Numbered from the stretch's first letter, positions 10,384 to 20,381 are shown. The stretch: 64,000 nt of DNA from Burkholderiales bacterium (GCA_046347985.1 JAXMFE010000002.1:384009-448008), one strand, 5' to 3'. Notes: generated by a model from the letters alone, not told the origin. Numbers and translations are program-made.

Positions 10384-10432
10384 CGGCGCACCGCACGCGG
10401 CGCAACGGAGGCGCGTCGGCGCACCTCCGCCC

Positions 10433-10945
10433 TCACGGCACGGCGAGTGTCGGCCAGACCTGCACCCCGAGGAGACGATCGGGTTCGAGAAAGATGAGGG
10501 TCTGGCGGGAAAGATCCCGCGCGGTGGGCGTGGCCCGGGCGCGGAGATAGCGGTCGAGGGCCTTGGCGGGTTCCTCGGTCAATGAGGCGTCCAGGCTGCG
10601 CCCCTGGACGTCCACTGCCCGGCCGACGAAGGTCTCGGGCAAGGTCGGATCCCGGCCGAACCGGGTCTTGCCCAGATCCTCGCGGCTGCGCCGCTGTGTC
10701 GGAAACGGCGCTTCCGGATGTTCCGCGAAGAAGTTCCACACCTCGAAGCCCCGGAATCCGGTCACGCCGTTGACGACGTGCGCCGCCGCGTCGCCGGCCA
10801 GCACCGAACAGAGGAAGCGCTTGGCGTAGAGCAACCCCCAGCCTGCATTGAGCCGCAGGAAATCCTCGCGGCTCTGTCGGACCAGAAAGGTCAGGCGCTT
10901 CAGATCGCGGGCCCCGATGGGGAGGAAGCAACGGGACGCGTCCAT
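10433..10945 (-). CDS. hypothetical protein
   Basis: 170 aa with high third-position GC and non-repetitive composition. I recognised no family. Confidence 0.45.
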   Translation of the reverse strand: MDASRCFLPIGARDLKRLTFLVRQSREDFLRLNAGWGLLYAKRFLCSVLAGDAAAHVVNGVTGFRGFEVWNFFAEHPEAPFPTQRRSREDLGKTRFGRDPTLPETFVGRAVDVQGRSLDASLTEEPAKALDRYLRARATPTARDLSRQTLIFLEPDRLLGVQVWPTLAVP

Positions 10946-10966
10946 GGCCCGGACTCCGGTCAGGCA

Positions 10967-12019
10967 CTACGCGTGGGCGCTCTGACGACGGGCGACCGCC
11001 TGCCGCTCTCGGAAGAACTGCCCGATGGCGTCCGCCACCGCGATCATGTCGTCGCGGGTCACGTCCAGATGCGTCACGAGCCGGATCACCGGACCCAGGG
11101 AGATCTGCATGCCGCGTTCGGCGAGCCATCCCTTGAGCGCGACCGCGCTGTCGTCCGGAATCGACAGGAACACCATGTTCGTCTGCACCAGGGCGGGGTC
11201 CACCTTCACCGAGGGGATCCCGGTGAGCCGCTCCGCCAGCAGGCGCGCGTTGTCGTGATCCTCTGCAAGCCGCGCGACGTGATTGTCGAGCGCGTAGATG
11301 CCGGCGGCCGCCATCAGACCTGCCTGGCGCATGCCGCCGCCCAGGACCTTGCGCCAGCGACGGGCGCGCTGGATCAGCGCCTGCGGCCCCACCAGCACCG
11401 AGCCGACCGGCGCGCCGAGGCCCTTCGACAGACAGACCGACACGGTATCGAAGTGGTCGGTGATCGTCCGGACATCCACGCCCAGCTTCACCACGGCGTT
11501 GAAGAGTCGGGCGCCGTCGAGGTGCATGCCGAGGCCGCGTGACCGGGCGAGCGTCTCGGCCTCCCGCAGATACGCGAGCGGCAGCACCTTGCCGCCCTGC
11601 GTGTTCTCCAGTGCCAGCAGACGCGTGCGTGCGAAATGCGAATCGTCCGGCTTGATCGCGGCCGCCACCTTGCCCAGATCGAGCGAGCCGTCGGCATCGT
11701 TGTCGATCGGCTGGGGCTGGATGCTGCCGAGCACCGCGGCGCCGCCGCCCTCGTACTTGTACGTGTGGGCCTGCTGGCCGACGATGTACTCGTCACCGCG
11801 TTCGCAGTGCGACATCAGTCCGACCAGATTGCTCTGTGTTCCCGTGGCAACGTACAGGGCGGCTTCCTTGCCGAGCAGACCCGCGGCCATCGCCTCGAGG
11901 CGGTTGACGGTCGGATCTTCACCGTAGACGTCGTCCCCCACGTCGGCCGCGGCCATGGCGGCGCGCATGCCTTCCGTGGGTCGGGTGACGGTGTCGCTTC
12001 GCAGGTCGATCACTCGCAT
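10967..12019 (-). CDS. ltaE: low-specificity L-threonine aldolase
   Basis: Trimmed to the ATG at 12019 ([15 protein letters not shown]..., [15 protein letters not shown]-Lys region [12 protein letters not shown]). Confidence 0.85.
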   Translation of the reverse strand: MRVIDLRSDTVTRPTEGMRAAMAAADVGDDVYGEDPTVNRLEAMAAGLLGKEAALYVATGTQSNLVGLMSHCERGDEYIVGQQAHTYKYEGGGAAVLGSIQPQPIDNDADGSLDLGKVAAAIKPDDSHFARTRLLALENTQGGKVLPLAYLREAETLARSRGLGMHLDGARLFNAVVKLGVDVRTITDHFDTVSVCLSKGLGAPVGSVLVGPQALIQRARRWRKVLGGGMRQAGLMAAAGIYALDNHVARLAEDHDNARLLAERLTGIPSVKVDPALVQTNMVFLSIPDDSAVALKGWLAERGMQISLGPVIRLVTHLDVTRDDMIAVADAIGQFFRERQAVARRQSAHA

Positions 12020-12326
12020 CGTGTGTCTCCGGATTCGGCGCCACCCCGCCACGGATCCGTGGCGACGGTCGCCGGATGGCACTGAGAGTCTTCAGGGTGG
12101 GTCGTGTCGCTTGGCCCGCACGCACCGACGTTCACCGTGCATGGATTCTACCCGTGACATGTGCCTTGCCCGAGCCGTCGCTGCAGGAAATCCCCGGCGC
12201 GTCCGATCCGGCTCACGCCGCCGCACCTGGCCCGCCAGCGCGTGTTTCCGCGATAATCCGCCGCGCTTCCCCGCGGCCCGCTGAGCCGCGGCCGGCGAAG
12301 CGCATCCCCTTCCGGCAATCGGCGCG

Positions 12327-13145
12327 ATGTCCTTTCATTCCAAGACTGCGAGCACGTTCCGTCTCCCGGCGCAAGCGGCGTTCGTCGTCGCGGCGCTCCT
12401 GACCGCCACGGCCTGCACGCCGACGGCGCCGTCGGTCGCGCTCGACGCCGCCGAATGCGACCACTCGCGGGCGTGCCCGCCGTCTCCGCCGGCAGCCGGC
12501 GCACGCACGTCGAAGCAGGCGCCGGAGGATTTCCCGCCGCCACCGCCCGAATCCTCCGGCGATCTCGCCATTCCGTCGACGGCAGACCTGCCGAGTCCCG
12601 TGCCGGGCGTCCCGCCTGCAGAGACCGATGCGATCGCCCCATCGTCGGGCACGTCGCTGCCGGAATCCGTACCGCTCGCTGCGCCGCCGGAGGCACCGGC
12701 CCGGACGACGGACACGCCCGCAACCTCATCGGACGGGACGCCGCCCCCGACCGCTGCGGTCCTGCCGGCACAGCACGAGTCGCTGCGCCTGACTGCCGAA
12801 GCGCTGTTCAGGCCGGGCGCCTACCGGCTCACACGTGCCGCGCGAGCGTCGCTCGACGACACGGTCCGCATCGTGCGGCGCGAAGCGTTCTCGCGCATCC
12901 TCATCAGCGGACATTCCGATCGGTCGGGCCTGCCCGGCGAGGATCAGCGCACGTCGCAACGCCGCGCGGAATCGGTCCGCGCGTACCTCGTGGCGAAGGG
13001 ACTGCCGGCAGACCGGATGCAGGTGGACGGACGGGGGACCGCGCAGGCCACGGTGAGTCCGTCAGGCTGCGCGCGTCGCAAGGGCGCAGCGCGCGCTGCG
13101 TGTTTCCAGCCGGACCGTCGAGTCCACATTCGCGTCGTCCGCTGA
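12327..13145 (+). CDS. OmpA-family lipoprotein (Pro-rich linker plus OmpA/MotB peptidoglycan-binding domain)
   Basis: Lipobox LLTATAC, a long Pro/Ala/Ser-rich linker, and a C-terminal ILISGHSDRSG...NQRRAESVRAYLVAKG domain. Confidence 0.8.
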   Translation: MSFHSKTASTFRLPAQAAFVVAALLTATACTPTAPSVALDAAECDHSRACPPSPPAAGARTSKQAPEDFPPPPPESSGDLAIPSTADLPSPVPGVPPAETDAIAPSSGTSLPESVPLAAPPEAPARTTDTPATSSDGTPPPTAAVLPAQHESLRLTAEALFRPGAYRLTRAARASLDDTVRIVRREAFSRILISGHSDRSGLPGEDQRTSQRRAESVRAYLVAKGLPADRMQVDGRGTAQATVSPSGCARRKGAARAACFQPDRRVHIRVVR

Positions 13146-13196
13146 GGCGCTCGCTGCCGCGCGGGGGGCGCGGAGGTCCCGGCGCACCGGACGTCC

Positions 13197-15971
13197 TCAG
13201 CCGCTGTTGCGGAGCCCGGCCGCAACGCCGTTGATGGTGAGGAGGATGGCCCGCTTCAACCGCTCGTCGTTCTCGCCGGCGCGCCATCGCCGCAGCAGTT
13301 CCACCTGCAGATGGTTGAGTGGATCGATGTAGGGCGAGCGATTGCGGAAGCTGCGGGCGAGTGCCGGATTGCCCTCGAGCAGTTCGGTCTGCCCGGTGAT
13401 CGCGAGCAGGGCGTCGACCGTGCGCTGCCATTCCCCGCGGATGCGATCGAAGATCCGGCTTCGGAGCCCGTCGTCGGCGACGAGTTCGGCATAGCGCGAC
13501 CCGATGCCGAGATCGCTCTTGCCCAGCACCATGTCCATGTTCGACAGCAGCGCGCGCAGGAACGGCCACTCCCGGTACATCTCGCGCAGCAACGTCATCG
13601 CGGACGGGCCTCTCGCCTCGACGAGCGCCTGCACGGCGGAGCCGAAGCCGTACCAGCCCGGCAGCATCATGCGGGCGAGCGACCACGAGAACACCCACGG
13701 GATGGCACGCAGGTCCTCGATGCGCTCCGAATTGCGGCGCGAGGCCGGGCGGCTGCCGATGTTCATCTCGGCGATCTCGGTGATGGGCGTCGCGGTGCGG
13801 AAGAACTGCACGAAGCCCGGCGTCTCGTAGACCAGCGACCGATAGGCGGCGAACGCCGCGCCGCTCATCGCATCGAGCGCCTCGTGCCAGACCGCGTGGT
13901 CTGCCGTGAGCCGGGCCGGACCGAGCAGCGTGGCCTCGAACGTCGCCGCCACGAGCGTCTCGAGATTGCGCGCCCCGATTTCCGGATCGGAGTATTTCGA
14001 CGCGATGACCTCGCCCTGCTCGGTGATGCGGATCCGTCCCGCGACGGCACCGGGCGGCTGGGCGAGGATGGCTTCGTAGCTCGGACCACCGCCGCGCCCG
14101 ACGGATCCGCCGCGCCCGTGGAACAACCGGAGCTTGATCCCGTGGCGCGCGAACACGGCCACGAGCGACAGTTCGGCCTTGTAGAGCTCCCAGTTCGACG
14201 TGAGGAAGCCGCCGTCCTTGTTGCTGTCGGAGTAGCCGAGCATCACTTCCTGCACGTTCCCGCGGCCCGACACGAGGTTGCGGTAGTCGGGCACGGAGAA
14301 CAGCTCCTCCATGATCTCGCCGCAGCCGCGCAGGTCGCCGATGGTCTCGAACAGCGGGACGATGTTGAAGTGCAACCGGCCGCGCACGCCCGGCTCGAGC
14401 ATGCCGGATTCCTTCGCCAGCAGCGCGACCTCGAGGATGTCGCTTACGCTGTTGGTGTTGGAAATGATGTAGTTCGGCAGAGCGTCGCGCCCGAAGCGCT
14501 GCTGGAGGGCTGCCGCGGTGTCCAGCACGGCGAGTTCGCCGCGGACGAGTTCGCTGTACTCGAGATACGGCGAACGCAGCAGACGCGGAATCTCGAGCTC
14601 GGCCAGCAGCCAGCGTCGGCGTTCCTCCTCGTCGATGCTCTGGTAGCCGCCCCGCCGCGCGCCGAGGCGAAAGAGTTCCGCGACCACCGCCTCGTGCGTT
14701 CCGCTGTGCTGCCGCATGTCGAGCGGACTCAGGTGGAAGCCGAAGATGCGCACGGCGTGGCGCAAGCGCCGGAGTCGTCCGCCGGTGGCGCGCGCATCGC
14801 CATGCGACACGAGCGAGGCATGCACGACGTCGAGGTCCGCGAGGAATTCCCCCGCATCGGCATACGGCGCCGCCTCCGCCAGCGCGCGGCGGTCCGGCGC
14901 GTGCTGATCCAGGTGCACCGACGTCGCCGCGAGCCGGCTGTAAACGCCGATCAGCGCGCGCCGGTAGGGCTCGTCGCGACGATGCCCCGAGACGTCCGGG
15001 ACGCGATCGGCCAGTGCGAGCAGTTCCGCCGTCGCCACGATGAAGCGCTCGGACTGCGACAGGTCGCTGCCCAGTTCGTGGACCTGCTCCAGGTAGTACG
15101 CCAGCGCCAGGGCGCTCTGACGGCGCAGTGCGCGCTGGGTCACCTCGGCAGTGACGAACGGATTGCCGTCGCGATCGCCCCCGATCCAGCTGCCCAGCGT
15201 GAGGCAGGCGTTGCGTGCCGGTTCCGCGTCCGGCCAACGGGCACGGATCTCGTCCTCGATGCGGCAATACAGCTTCGGCATTTCGTCGAGGAACGTGTAG
15301 CGGTAGTAGGACAGACCGTTCTCGATCTCGTCCGCCACCGTGAGCTTCAGCTCCCGCAGCATCCTCGTGTGCCACAGCGTGAGGACGACGCGGCGCAATT
15401 CCTCCTCGGTCTCGGCACGCTCCTGGGGCGTCAGCCGGATGCGGTCGCGCTGCGTGATGAGCCGGGCGATCGCGATCTGGCAGTCGAGGATGCTCTTGCG
15501 CTGGACCTCGGTGGGATGCGCTGTCAGCACCGGCGACACCATGCCCTCCGCAAAGAATTCCACTACGCGCCCGGACTCCAGCCCTGCTGCAACGGCGCGC
15601 GCGAGCGCAGCCGCCATCGATCCGCGCTCCGGCGGCGAGGCGGTCATGCGCTGCGTCCGGAGCGTTCGATTGTGGTGCTGGTCCTCGGCAATGTTGGCGA
15701 GCAGCGAGAAGAACGTGAAGGCCCGGGCGACCGCGGTGACCCGGTCGGGATCGAGGCGGTCGAGGCTGTCCTCCAGTTCGCGCTTCGCTTGCGGGTCGCG
15801 GTCCCGGCGGAAGCGGATGGCGGTCTGGCGGATGTGTTCGATCAATGCGAAGGCGGCTTCGCCTTCCTGCTCGCGCAGCGTATCGCCCAGCACCCGCCCG
15901 AGCAGCCGGATGTCTTCGCGCAGCGGGCGCTCCGGATCATCTGCCGCGTCGTGCGCAACGAATTCGTTCAT
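13197..15971 (-). CDS. ppc: phosphoenolpyruvate carboxylase
   Basis: 924 aa from the ATG at 15971. Motifs VLTAHPTE, GYSDSNKDGG and FHGRGGSVGRGGGP, and the C-terminus LRNSG (family consensus LRNTG). Confidence 0.95.
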   Translation of the reverse strand: MNEFVAHDAADDPERPLREDIRLLGRVLGDTLREQEGEAAFALIEHIRQTAIRFRRDRDPQAKRELEDSLDRLDPDRVTAVARAFTFFSLLANIAEDQHHNRTLRTQRMTASPPERGSMAAALARAVAAGLESGRVVEFFAEGMVSPVLTAHPTEVQRKSILDCQIAIARLITQRDRIRLTPQERAETEEELRRVVLTLWHTRMLRELKLTVADEIENGLSYYRYTFLDEMPKLYCRIEDEIRARWPDAEPARNACLTLGSWIGGDRDGNPFVTAEVTQRALRRQSALALAYYLEQVHELGSDLSQSERFIVATAELLALADRVPDVSGHRRDEPYRRALIGVYSRLAATSVHLDQHAPDRRALAEAAPYADAGEFLADLDVVHASLVSHGDARATGGRLRRLRHAVRIFGFHLSPLDMRQHSGTHEAVVAELFRLGARRGGYQSIDEEERRRWLLAELEIPRLLRSPYLEYSELVRGELAVLDTAAALQQRFGRDALPNYIISNTNSVSDILEVALLAKESGMLEPGVRGRLHFNIVPLFETIGDLRGCGEIMEELFSVPDYRNLVSGRGNVQEVMLGYSDSNKDGGFLTSNWELYKAELSLVAVFARHGIKLRLFHGRGGSVGRGGGPSYEAILAQPPGAVAGRIRITEQGEVIASKYSDPEIGARNLETLVAATFEATLLGPARLTADHAVWHEALDAMSGAAFAAYRSLVYETPGFVQFFRTATPITEIAEMNIGSRPASRRNSERIEDLRAIPWVFSWSLARMMLPGWYGFGSAVQALVEARGPSAMTLLREMYREWPFLRALLSNMDMVLGKSDLGIGSRYAELVADDGLRSRIFDRIRGEWQRTVDALLAITGQTELLEGNPALARSFRNRSPYIDPLNHLQVELLRRWRAGENDERLKRAILLTINGVAAGLRNSG

Positions 15972-16140
15972 GGTCAGGGTCCGTCCCCGGGGGGGACGCC
16001 TCATGCAATGACGGACGACCGGCGTCTCGCGGAACGCGATGAATGCCGGCGACGACGACCCTCGGTGACGGGAACGATGCCGGTCTGCGTTGCGACGGCA
16101 CCCGATTGTTATTCAGTGCGGCGACCGGGACCACCCCGGT

Positions 16141-17931
16141 TCAGGCGGGCGGCGGTTCCTGCCGCAGACGGCGCCACCAGATCCAGACGAGCTTCCGCGT
16201 GCCCACCTGGACTCGTCCGAGTCCCTGCATGCCGGGCTGGATCTGCGAACTCATCCGGAGCGCTTGAGCCTCTGCGCGGACCGGTTCGCCGTCGACGTCG
16301 CCGGGCACCAGGCGAAGGATCCGGAATTCGACCTCCTCGGCGCCGATGCGCGCCACCCCGATCTGCCCATCGCGCAGGGCCGCGAGGTCATCGCGGGCCG
16401 CCTGGACGCCGATGCGATAGCCGTCGACCTGGGCGATGGTGAAGAGCGGATCGTCGCCGTGCAGCGGCTGCTGCCGCACACCCGCCGTGACCGCGGCCTG
16501 CACCGTCCCGTCGATCGGACTGACGATCTGCAGGCGGGCGAGGCGATCGTCGATCAGCGTGAGACGGGTCTCGATCTCCTTGCGACGGGCCACCTGGGTT
16601 TCCGTCGGCTGGGGAGGCGGCTCGCCTTCCGCCGCCGGAGCGCGCAGTACCTGCGCCAGGCGATCACGCTCCGCGGCGAGCTTCACCTTCTCGATCTGGA
16701 GTTCGGCATCGTCGAAACGGGCCAGGACCTGACCACGCCTGACCCCATCGCCGACGCGGACCATGACTTCGGCCAGTTTGCCGTCGAAGGGCGCGGTGAT
16801 CCTGCGCGGCGCGTGCCCTTCGACGACGACGCCCACGGGTGCGTCGTACTCGCCGGTGGCCCCGAGGACGAACAGGACGACCGCCAGCAGGGCGATCAGG
16901 GCAAGCTTCCACTTGAGCCGCACCGGGCCGAACATCCCGGCAACGAACCGTCGCTCGCGGGACACCGTGGCGCCGCGCGTGACCGGCTTCAAGTCGATGA
17001 GCGGAGCAATCAGGCCGGCCGTGTTCTCCAGGACCTCCATCTCCAGCGCATCGAAACCGGGACCGTCCAACCGCTCGCAGAGCAGCACGCCGGCACAGTT
17101 GCCGAACATCTGGAGGGGGAAGGCGGCCGCGCGCACACCGTTCTCGGGCGCCACGCCCGCAGCCGCGGCGGCCTCGCTCTCGGGAAGCGCCCCCGCTACC
17201 ACCACGCTGCCTTGTGTGATCGCGAGCCGGACCAGGATCTCGCGCTTGGCGTCGTCTTCGGCATGCGTGGCAGACGACGTTCCGGCGCGCCCGGCCAGCG
17301 AGAGCACGTTGTGGCGAAACACCCCCAGGCTCACCAGCGTCCCGGGCATGGTCGCTGCCACTTCCGACACGACGGCACTCGACGCGCTGACGACATCGCG
17401 GGCACTCCCGGCCGCCCGGGCTGCGCGAACGGCCAGATCGAGGCGACGGACCGTCAGCTTGGCGTCCCGTCCGGCGACCTGCTCGACGGCGGCGACGAGC
17501 CAGCCGACGCCCCAGCGGATTTCCTCGAGGGCGGACTGCAGTTCCCCGGGCTGGACCGGAGCGCATTCGACGACGACGACCCAGTCCGGATAGCCGTCGG
17601 GTTGGCACACCAGATGGAAATCGCGCCCGATCGAGCGGACGAGCGTGACGGCACGGGAGAAGCCGCGCCGCGCCGACTGCTCGTACTCGGCAGCCGGGGT
17701 GGCACTCCCGCCGTCCCAGAGGCCCAGCAGCGCGAACGTGTCCTCGGACGAATGGTGTCGGTAGACGCGCGCAGCCCGCGCGGACGGGATGCGCAACACG
17801 ATCAGCGACAGCCAGTGGGAAATCCGTTCGGCGAACGGCTTCGCGGAAGAAAAAGCCGCCCATCGGGCGGCTTTTTCGGTCTGCGCTGGCGGCTCCGTGC
17901 CGGTCCCGGATTCGTCGACCTGCTGCGTCAT
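16141..17931 (-). CDS. fusion protein: cytoplasmic GAF-like region, one TM helix, HlyD-family periplasmic adaptor (true start uncertain)
   Basis: The C-terminal half has the barrel-sandwich/coiled-coil pattern of HlyD/MFP proteins (ITAPFDGKLAEVMVRVGDGVRRGQVLARFDD...IVSPIDGTV). TM helix is LKWKLALIALLAVVLFVLGATG. The N-terminal ~300 aa looks GAF-like. A terminator-like hairpin sits in codons 19-28, so the start may be further downstream. Confidence 0.7.
   Translation of the reverse strand: MTQQVDESGTGTEPPAQTEKAARWAAFSSAKPFAERISHWLSLIVLRIPSARAARVYRHHSSEDTFALLGLWDGGSATPAAEYEQSARRGFSRAVTLVRSIGRDFHLVCQPDGYPDWVVVVECAPVQPGELQSALEEIRWGVGWLVAAVEQVAGRDAKLTVRRLDLAVRAARAAGSARDVVSASSAVVSEVAATMPGTLVSLGVFRHNVLSLAGRAGTSSATHAEDDAKREILVRLAITQGSVVVAGALPESEAAAAAGVAPENGVRAAAFPLQMFGNCAGVLLCERLDGPGFDALEMEVLENTAGLIAPLIDLKPVTRGATVSRERRFVAGMFGPVRLKWKLALIALLAVVLFVLGATGEYDAPVGVVVEGHAPRRITAPFDGKLAEVMVRVGDGVRRGQVLARFDDAELQIEKVKLAAERDRLAQVLRAPAAEGEPPPQPTETQVARRKEIETRLTLIDDRLARLQIVSPIDGTVQAAVTAGVRQQPLHGDDPLFTIAQVDGYRIGVQAARDDLAALRDGQIGVARIGAEEVEFRILRLVPGDVDGEPVRAEAQALRMSSQIQPGMQGLGRVQVGTRKLVWIWWRRLRQEPPPA
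17850..17876 (-). terminator. rho-independent-terminator-like hairpin (bidirectional A5/T5 flanks) downstream of the DUF3467 gene
   Basis: AAAAAGCCGCCC-atc-GGGCGGCTTTTT: a 7-bp GC stem extended by A5:T5. It lies about 80 nt after the DUF3467 stop, and the minus-strand transcript ends in a U-run. Confidence 0.6.
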
Positions 17932-17957
17932 CCGTGCACCGAGGGAGTCATCGCGCC

Positions 17958-18251
17958 TTACTTGAGTTCGCCGTAGCGGTTCTCGTATTCCGCCATCAGC
18001 TTCTGCAGCAGATCGGTCAGGCGCTTGGCCGCGAACGGGCTGAGGATGATCCGGTGGCCGAGTTCGATCTCGACCTCGCCGGCCATCCGGTCCCAGTTCT
18101 GGTTGACGCCGAAGTTGAGCACCACTTCCTCACGGGTGCTGGTGGCATTCACGAAATTGCAGTACGTGCTCTTCAGACCTTGCGTGTCCCACTTCACCTT
18201 CGGCATCTGGGGTTCTGCGGGTTTGGCACTTTCTTCCGGGGCCTTGGCCAT
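17958..18251 (-). CDS. DUF3467 family protein
   Basis: 97 aa from the ATG at 18251, which has GAGAGGA upstream. The core STYCNFVNATSTREEVVLNFGVN...HRIILSPFAAKRL matches my memory of DUF3467. Confidence 0.7.
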   Translation of the reverse strand: MAKAPEESAKPAEPQMPKVKWDTQGLKSTYCNFVNATSTREEVVLNFGVNQNWDRMAGEVEIELGHRIILSPFAAKRLTDLLQKLMAEYENRYGELK

Positions 18252-18349
18252 TGTTGTCCTCTCGTGATGTTGACGGCGACGACGCGTGTACTGCGATACC
18301 GCTGATCGTGTCGGTGAATCGAGCGTACCGCAAAGCACTCCCGGTGTCG

Positions 18350-19000
18350 TTACGCCCGGCGACGGAGGCCGGCGACCGCCACGATGCCCAGGCCGGCCAG
18401 GAACAGCGCGTAAGTTTCCGGTTCCGGCACGGCCGTGATCGTGAGCGACGTGCCGGCGGGCAGCGAATCGGCGACGGCATCGAAGCCGTCGGGGTCGACC
18501 CCTTCGAGCGTCACGACGGCGGACAATGTCCAGGTCCCCACCTCGGCACCGGCGGGCGCTTTCACCCCGATGCGAGCGAGCGTCCCGAACGTCGGCCATG
18601 CGATCGACGCCCCGGTACCCGGGTCCATGTTCGGCTGGAAGCTGACGGCGACCGTCGTGCCCGACGGCCCCGCGGACAGGTAAGGTGTCCCCGGGAAAGC
18701 GTCGAAGTACGCCCCGGGGGTGATCGTCGCCTGGTCGATGATCCAGGGGATGGTGGCCGGACCGCCCGGGGTGGGCGAAATCGTCAGGGTCGCCGAAAGC
18801 GCCCCGAGTTCATCCAGCAGGATCGGCGTGAAATCGAGTCCGGTGATGGAGAGGTCGACGAAGCGCACCTGATCGGCGCCGTTCGTGACCGAGATCGACA
18901 CGGGATCGAGCGTGGCGGCGAACGTGCCGACCACGGCGTTGGCATGCATGGAAGGAAGTGCCGACGCGAACAGCGCGAGGGCGGCGATCGTTGTTTTCAT
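18350..19000 (-). CDS. PEP-CTERM sorting-domain protein (exosortase substrate)
   Basis: Signal peptide and AGGAGA SD. The C-terminus VPEPETYALFLAGLGIVAVAGLRRRA has the PEP motif, a TM helix and an Arg cluster. Confidence 0.85.
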   Translation of the reverse strand: MKTTIAALALFASALPSMHANAVVGTFAATLDPVSISVTNGADQVRFVDLSITGLDFTPILLDELGALSATLTISPTPGGPATIPWIIDQATITPGAYFDAFPGTPYLSAGPSGTTVAVSFQPNMDPGTGASIAWPTFGTLARIGVKAPAGAEVGTWTLSAVVTLEGVDPDGFDAVADSLPAGTSLTITAVPEPETYALFLAGLGIVAVAGLRRRA

Positions 19001-19334
19001 GGCAGGTCTCCTGGAAGTTCGTTCATGATCGGCCGGCCGTTGTCAGCCTGTCTTGCTGTCCGCTCCGGGGCGCACGACACGCTCCGGAGCGCAGCCATCC
19101 GCGGATGGCGGCCCGTCTCCCATGTGGATCCGAGGCTAACACAGGGGAGCAGGAATTGAAAACTTCCAAAACGATAGACTTGCCCCCTCTCTTTCGATAG
19201 GTTTCGGCTTAGACAGTGCGCCGGCGCCCGACTACACTTCGAGACTTCTCGAGCGGGCCCTGCCGCTCCGCGCCCGGTGCCGCGGAGGCCCGGCCGCCCG
19301 TGTGTCCCCCTAATCGAGACGGACTCCGAACCCC

Positions 19335-20336
19335 ATGAGGCTCCTGGTCAAATCCATCGACGACGACGGGCGACTCGCCCCCCTGCCGACGCTCGTCACC
19401 ACGGCCTGGGACATCGTCGTGGCCGATCCGTCGAAGCCGGTCGAATTCGCAGCCGCCCTCGCGACTGCCGACGCGATGGTGTCCATGAACTGGCCGCCGG
19501 ACATGCCTCCGGCCCCCCGGCTTCGGCTGCTGCAATTGCCCGGCGCCGGAACGGACGAGATCGCCTTCGACGCCCTGCCTGCGGCCACGACCGTCTGCAA
19601 CGCCTACGAGCACGAGATCGGCATCGCCGAATACGTTCTGGCCGCCATCCTGCGCCGAACCGTCGACCTCGACCGGATGGATCGCGAAATGCGCCAAGGC
19701 CGGTGGTGGGGTTCGCATCTGTGCGGACCTCGCCACGGCGACGTCTACGGCAAGACCCTCGCGATCATCGGCTACGGCCGGATCGGGCGGGAAGTCGCCA
19801 AACGGGCTGCCGCGTTCGGCATGCGCGTCATCGCCGCGAGCCGCACGCCCCGCGGCGCCGACGCGTGGTGCGAGGAGGTCGCCCCCATGTCCCGCGTGAC
19901 CGAGGTCGTGTCGCAGGCCGACTTCGTCCTGGCCGCCCTGCCGCTCGACGCGACCACCCGGGGCGTCGTCGATGCAAGCGTCCTGGGTGCGATGAAACCC
20001 GCGGGCGTCATCATCAACGTGGGCCGCGGCGCCACCGTCGACGAGGAAGCCCTGTACGTGGCGTTGCGCGACGGACGCATCGGCGGCGCCGTGATCGACA
20101 CGTGGTACTCGTACCCGCCCCAGGGTCCGGACCGGATCCCCGAACACGCTCCGTCGCGGTTTCCGTTCCATCGATTGCCGAACGTGATCATGACGCCCCA
20201 CGCCTCCGCGTGGACCGACGCCCTGCGCGAGCGGCGCTGCCGCGTGATCGCGACCAACCTGGACCGGTTGGCCCGGGGAGAACCGCAGATCAACGTGGTC
20301 CGTGCCGCCACCCTGCGATCGACCCAGACCGCCTGA
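19335..20336 (+). CDS. D-isomer-specific 2-hydroxyacid dehydrogenase family protein
   Basis: NAD-binding motif IIGYGRIGREVAKRAAAFGMRV. The ...NVGRG...D and TPH segments are typical of the family. Confidence 0.85.
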   Translation: MRLLVKSIDDDGRLAPLPTLVTTAWDIVVADPSKPVEFAAALATADAMVSMNWPPDMPPAPRLRLLQLPGAGTDEIAFDALPAATTVCNAYEHEIGIAEYVLAAILRRTVDLDRMDREMRQGRWWGSHLCGPRHGDVYGKTLAIIGYGRIGREVAKRAAAFGMRVIAASRTPRGADAWCEEVAPMSRVTEVVSQADFVLAALPLDATTRGVVDASVLGAMKPAGVIINVGRGATVDEEALYVALRDGRIGGAVIDTWYSYPPQGPDRIPEHAPSRFPFHRLPNVIMTPHASAWTDALRERRCRVIATNLDRLARGEPQINVVRAATLRSTQTA

Positions 20337-20381
20337 TGGGCGCCCCCCTCATTTCGAATCGACGAGTCAAAGGATGAAGAC

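Noticed and set aside
13311-16442. 1043-aa plus-strand ORF, and an 823-aa minus-strand ORF at 12904..15375
   Set aside because: Both are antisense to or out of frame with ppc, whose product is unmistakable. Their translations are Arg/Ala/Gly-rich low-complexity sequence, as expected for spurious ORFs in GC-rich DNA.
16090-17976. 628-aa plus-strand ORF, and a 399-aa minus-strand ORF at 16664..17863
   Set aside because: They overlap the GAF-like/HlyD fusion gene in other frames and are low-complexity and Arg-rich.
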